Positions 62,501 to 64,000 of a DNA stretch of 64,000 nucleotides are shown piece after piece. The translations under genes and the position numbers were made by a program. Origin of the DNA: an uncultured Candidatus Rokubacteria bacterium (GTDB lineage Bacteria > Methylomirabilota > Methylomirabilia > Rokubacteriales > CSP1-6); the NCBI GenBank assembly GCA_963754315.1, contig CAVWFS010000008.1:1-64000 (forward strand). The letters run 5' to 3'. Under the pieces are notes generated by a model. That model had not been told where the DNA came from. It searched no databases and saw nothing but the letters and a program-made list of their open reading frames with translations. Position 1 is the first letter of the stretch. Every line of letters starts with the position of its first letter.

Positions 62501-64000
62501 GCACAGCGCGCCCCGCAAGGCTTCCCCGCTGCACCGGGATCCGGCGGCCCGTGGGGCCGGGGATAGGGCCGTAATGAGCGGCGACCGTGAAGTTGGCCCC
62601 GTCCACCTGGTAGATCTCTGCGTCATTGGCTCCGCAGAAGCGAACCGCACTCTTGACCACCGTGTCCAGAACCGGCTGGAGATTTGTCGGTGAGGTGCTG
62701 ATGACTCTCAGGATCTCGGCGGTGGCCGTCTGCTGCTCGAGAGCCTCGGTAAGATCGGCGTTCTTGGCCTGCAGCTCGCGGAGCAACCGCGCGTTCTCGA
62801 TGGCAATGGCGGCCTGGTCGGCAAAGGTCTCCAGGAGGGCGATCTGGTTCTCAGTGAACGGTCGGATCTCGTGTCTGTAGATCAGGATCACGCCCAACAG
62901 CTCGTCCGCCCTGAGCATGGGGACCGTAAGTATGGTTCGAAAGCGGTCCACCTGCCGCGAGCCGTAGGTGTACTCAGGGTCGGTCTGGGCATCATGGACG
63001 TGGACGGTGCGCCGCTCGAGGGCGGCGCGCGCCGTGGCGCTGTCCCTTCCGGGCGCGATGGGATTCCGCTCGACGAAGTCTATGATCTCGGCGGAGGCGT
63101 TGTGGGTGGCCACGACGCGCAGGAGCTGACCGTCGAAGCGGAAGATGAACGATCGTTCGGACTCGCACAACCTGACCGCGTTCTCGGCCAGCGTCTCGAA
63201 GACCGGCTGGAGATCGAAGGTAGAGCGGCCGATCACCTTGAGCAGCTCGCTGGTGGCCGTCTGCTGCTCGAGGGCGACCCGCAGCTCGCTGTTGCGCGCC
63301 TCGAGCTCGGTGAACAGGCGCACGTTCTCGATGGCGATGACGGCTTGATCGGCGAACGTGCGGAGGAGTCCGATCTCCCTGTCGGTGAATGGCCGACCCT
63401 CCTGGCGAAAGACCACGATGGCGCCGACGGGTCCGTTGTCCCGCAGCATGGGGACGCTGAGCGCCGCGCGGTACCCCATGGTTCGGGCCAGCGCCTGGCT
63501 GGCCGGGAATCGCGGGTCGCTCTGCATGTCTTGCAGGTGCACGACCTCGCGGTCCAACATCGCGACGCCGGTGATCAGGTCCCTCGTCAAGGGGGACGGG
63601 AAGAGCCGGCGGGCCATGTCGAGCCACTGCGCCGTCTGACCGCGCTGCGCGACGAGATGAATCGTGTCGCCCTCGAGCCGGTTCACACTTCCATAGTCGC
63701 CGCTACACAGACGCACAGCGCTCTCGGCGATCGCGTCGAAGACCGGCTGCACGTCCGTCGGTGAACGACTGATCACGCGCAGGATCTCGCTGGTGGCCGT
63801 TTGCTGTTCAAGGGCCTCGGTGAGATCGGCGTTCTTGACCTGCAGCTCACTGAGCAGCCGCGCGTTCTCGATGGCGATGGCGGCCTGGTCGGCGAAGGTC
63901 TCCAGCAGAGCGATATGACTGTCGGTGAAGGGCCGAACCTCGTCTCGCCGGATGACGATCACTCCCAGCAACTCGCCCGCTCTGAGCATGGGGACGGCCA
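59578..64000 (-). CDS. giant hybrid histidine kinase 3: at least 6 GAF-HisKA-HATPase-REC-REC, 5' end outside the window
   Basis: Three ORF pieces joined by frameshifts at ~62065 and ~60340-60430; same H-box and REC-REC as kinases 1 and 2. Confidence 0.88.

Noticed and set aside
45500..64000. Regularly spaced ~30-bp repeats as a CRISPR array
   Set aside because: Spacing is about 500 bp, the repeats are in-frame GAF linker codons, and there are no cas genes.
45500..64000. Phytochrome or cyanobacteriochrome photoreceptors
   Set aside because: No bilin-binding DIP/DXCF plus CH motifs or PHY domain were seen in the GAFs.

Overview
GC-rich bacterial chromosome segment; the gene style suggests Rokubacteria/Methylomirabilota, but that is inference only. 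About a dozen indels or stops break otherwise intact genes, probably long-read consensus errors. (1) 1-10.4 kb is an accessory, debris-rich zone around an isolated 3' half of tRNA-Asn (att-like), with an FAD oxidoreductase, a SARP/BTAD-ATPase regulator, a GH18 hydrolase and several gene fragments. (2) 10.4-30.3 kb holds mixed metabolic and transport genes (GNAT, EVE, MaoC-like, TauD, TctABC, MFS, Zn-ADH, NudC, META, integrase remnant, HpcH aldolase, Csp, SDR, CoxL-like). (3) 30.4-42 kb is the best candidate for an undescribed system: a divergent cluster of four exported c-type cytochromes (7 CxxCH). It includes a 4TM + catalase-like + TM + RoxA/MauG-like di-heme fusion, a Cys-rich RoxA-like protein, a half-size paralogue, a di-heme lipoprotein, a GXWXG-like protein, and an S8 protease followed by a free copy of its own propeptide. 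(4) 42-64 kb is a tandem array of three giant soluble poly-GAF hybrid histidine kinases (11, 7 and at least 6 GAFs) separated by three VapBC-type TA modules, ending in a single-domain response regulator and a DHp-REC-class III cyclase. No rRNA, intact tRNA or CRISPR array was seen.
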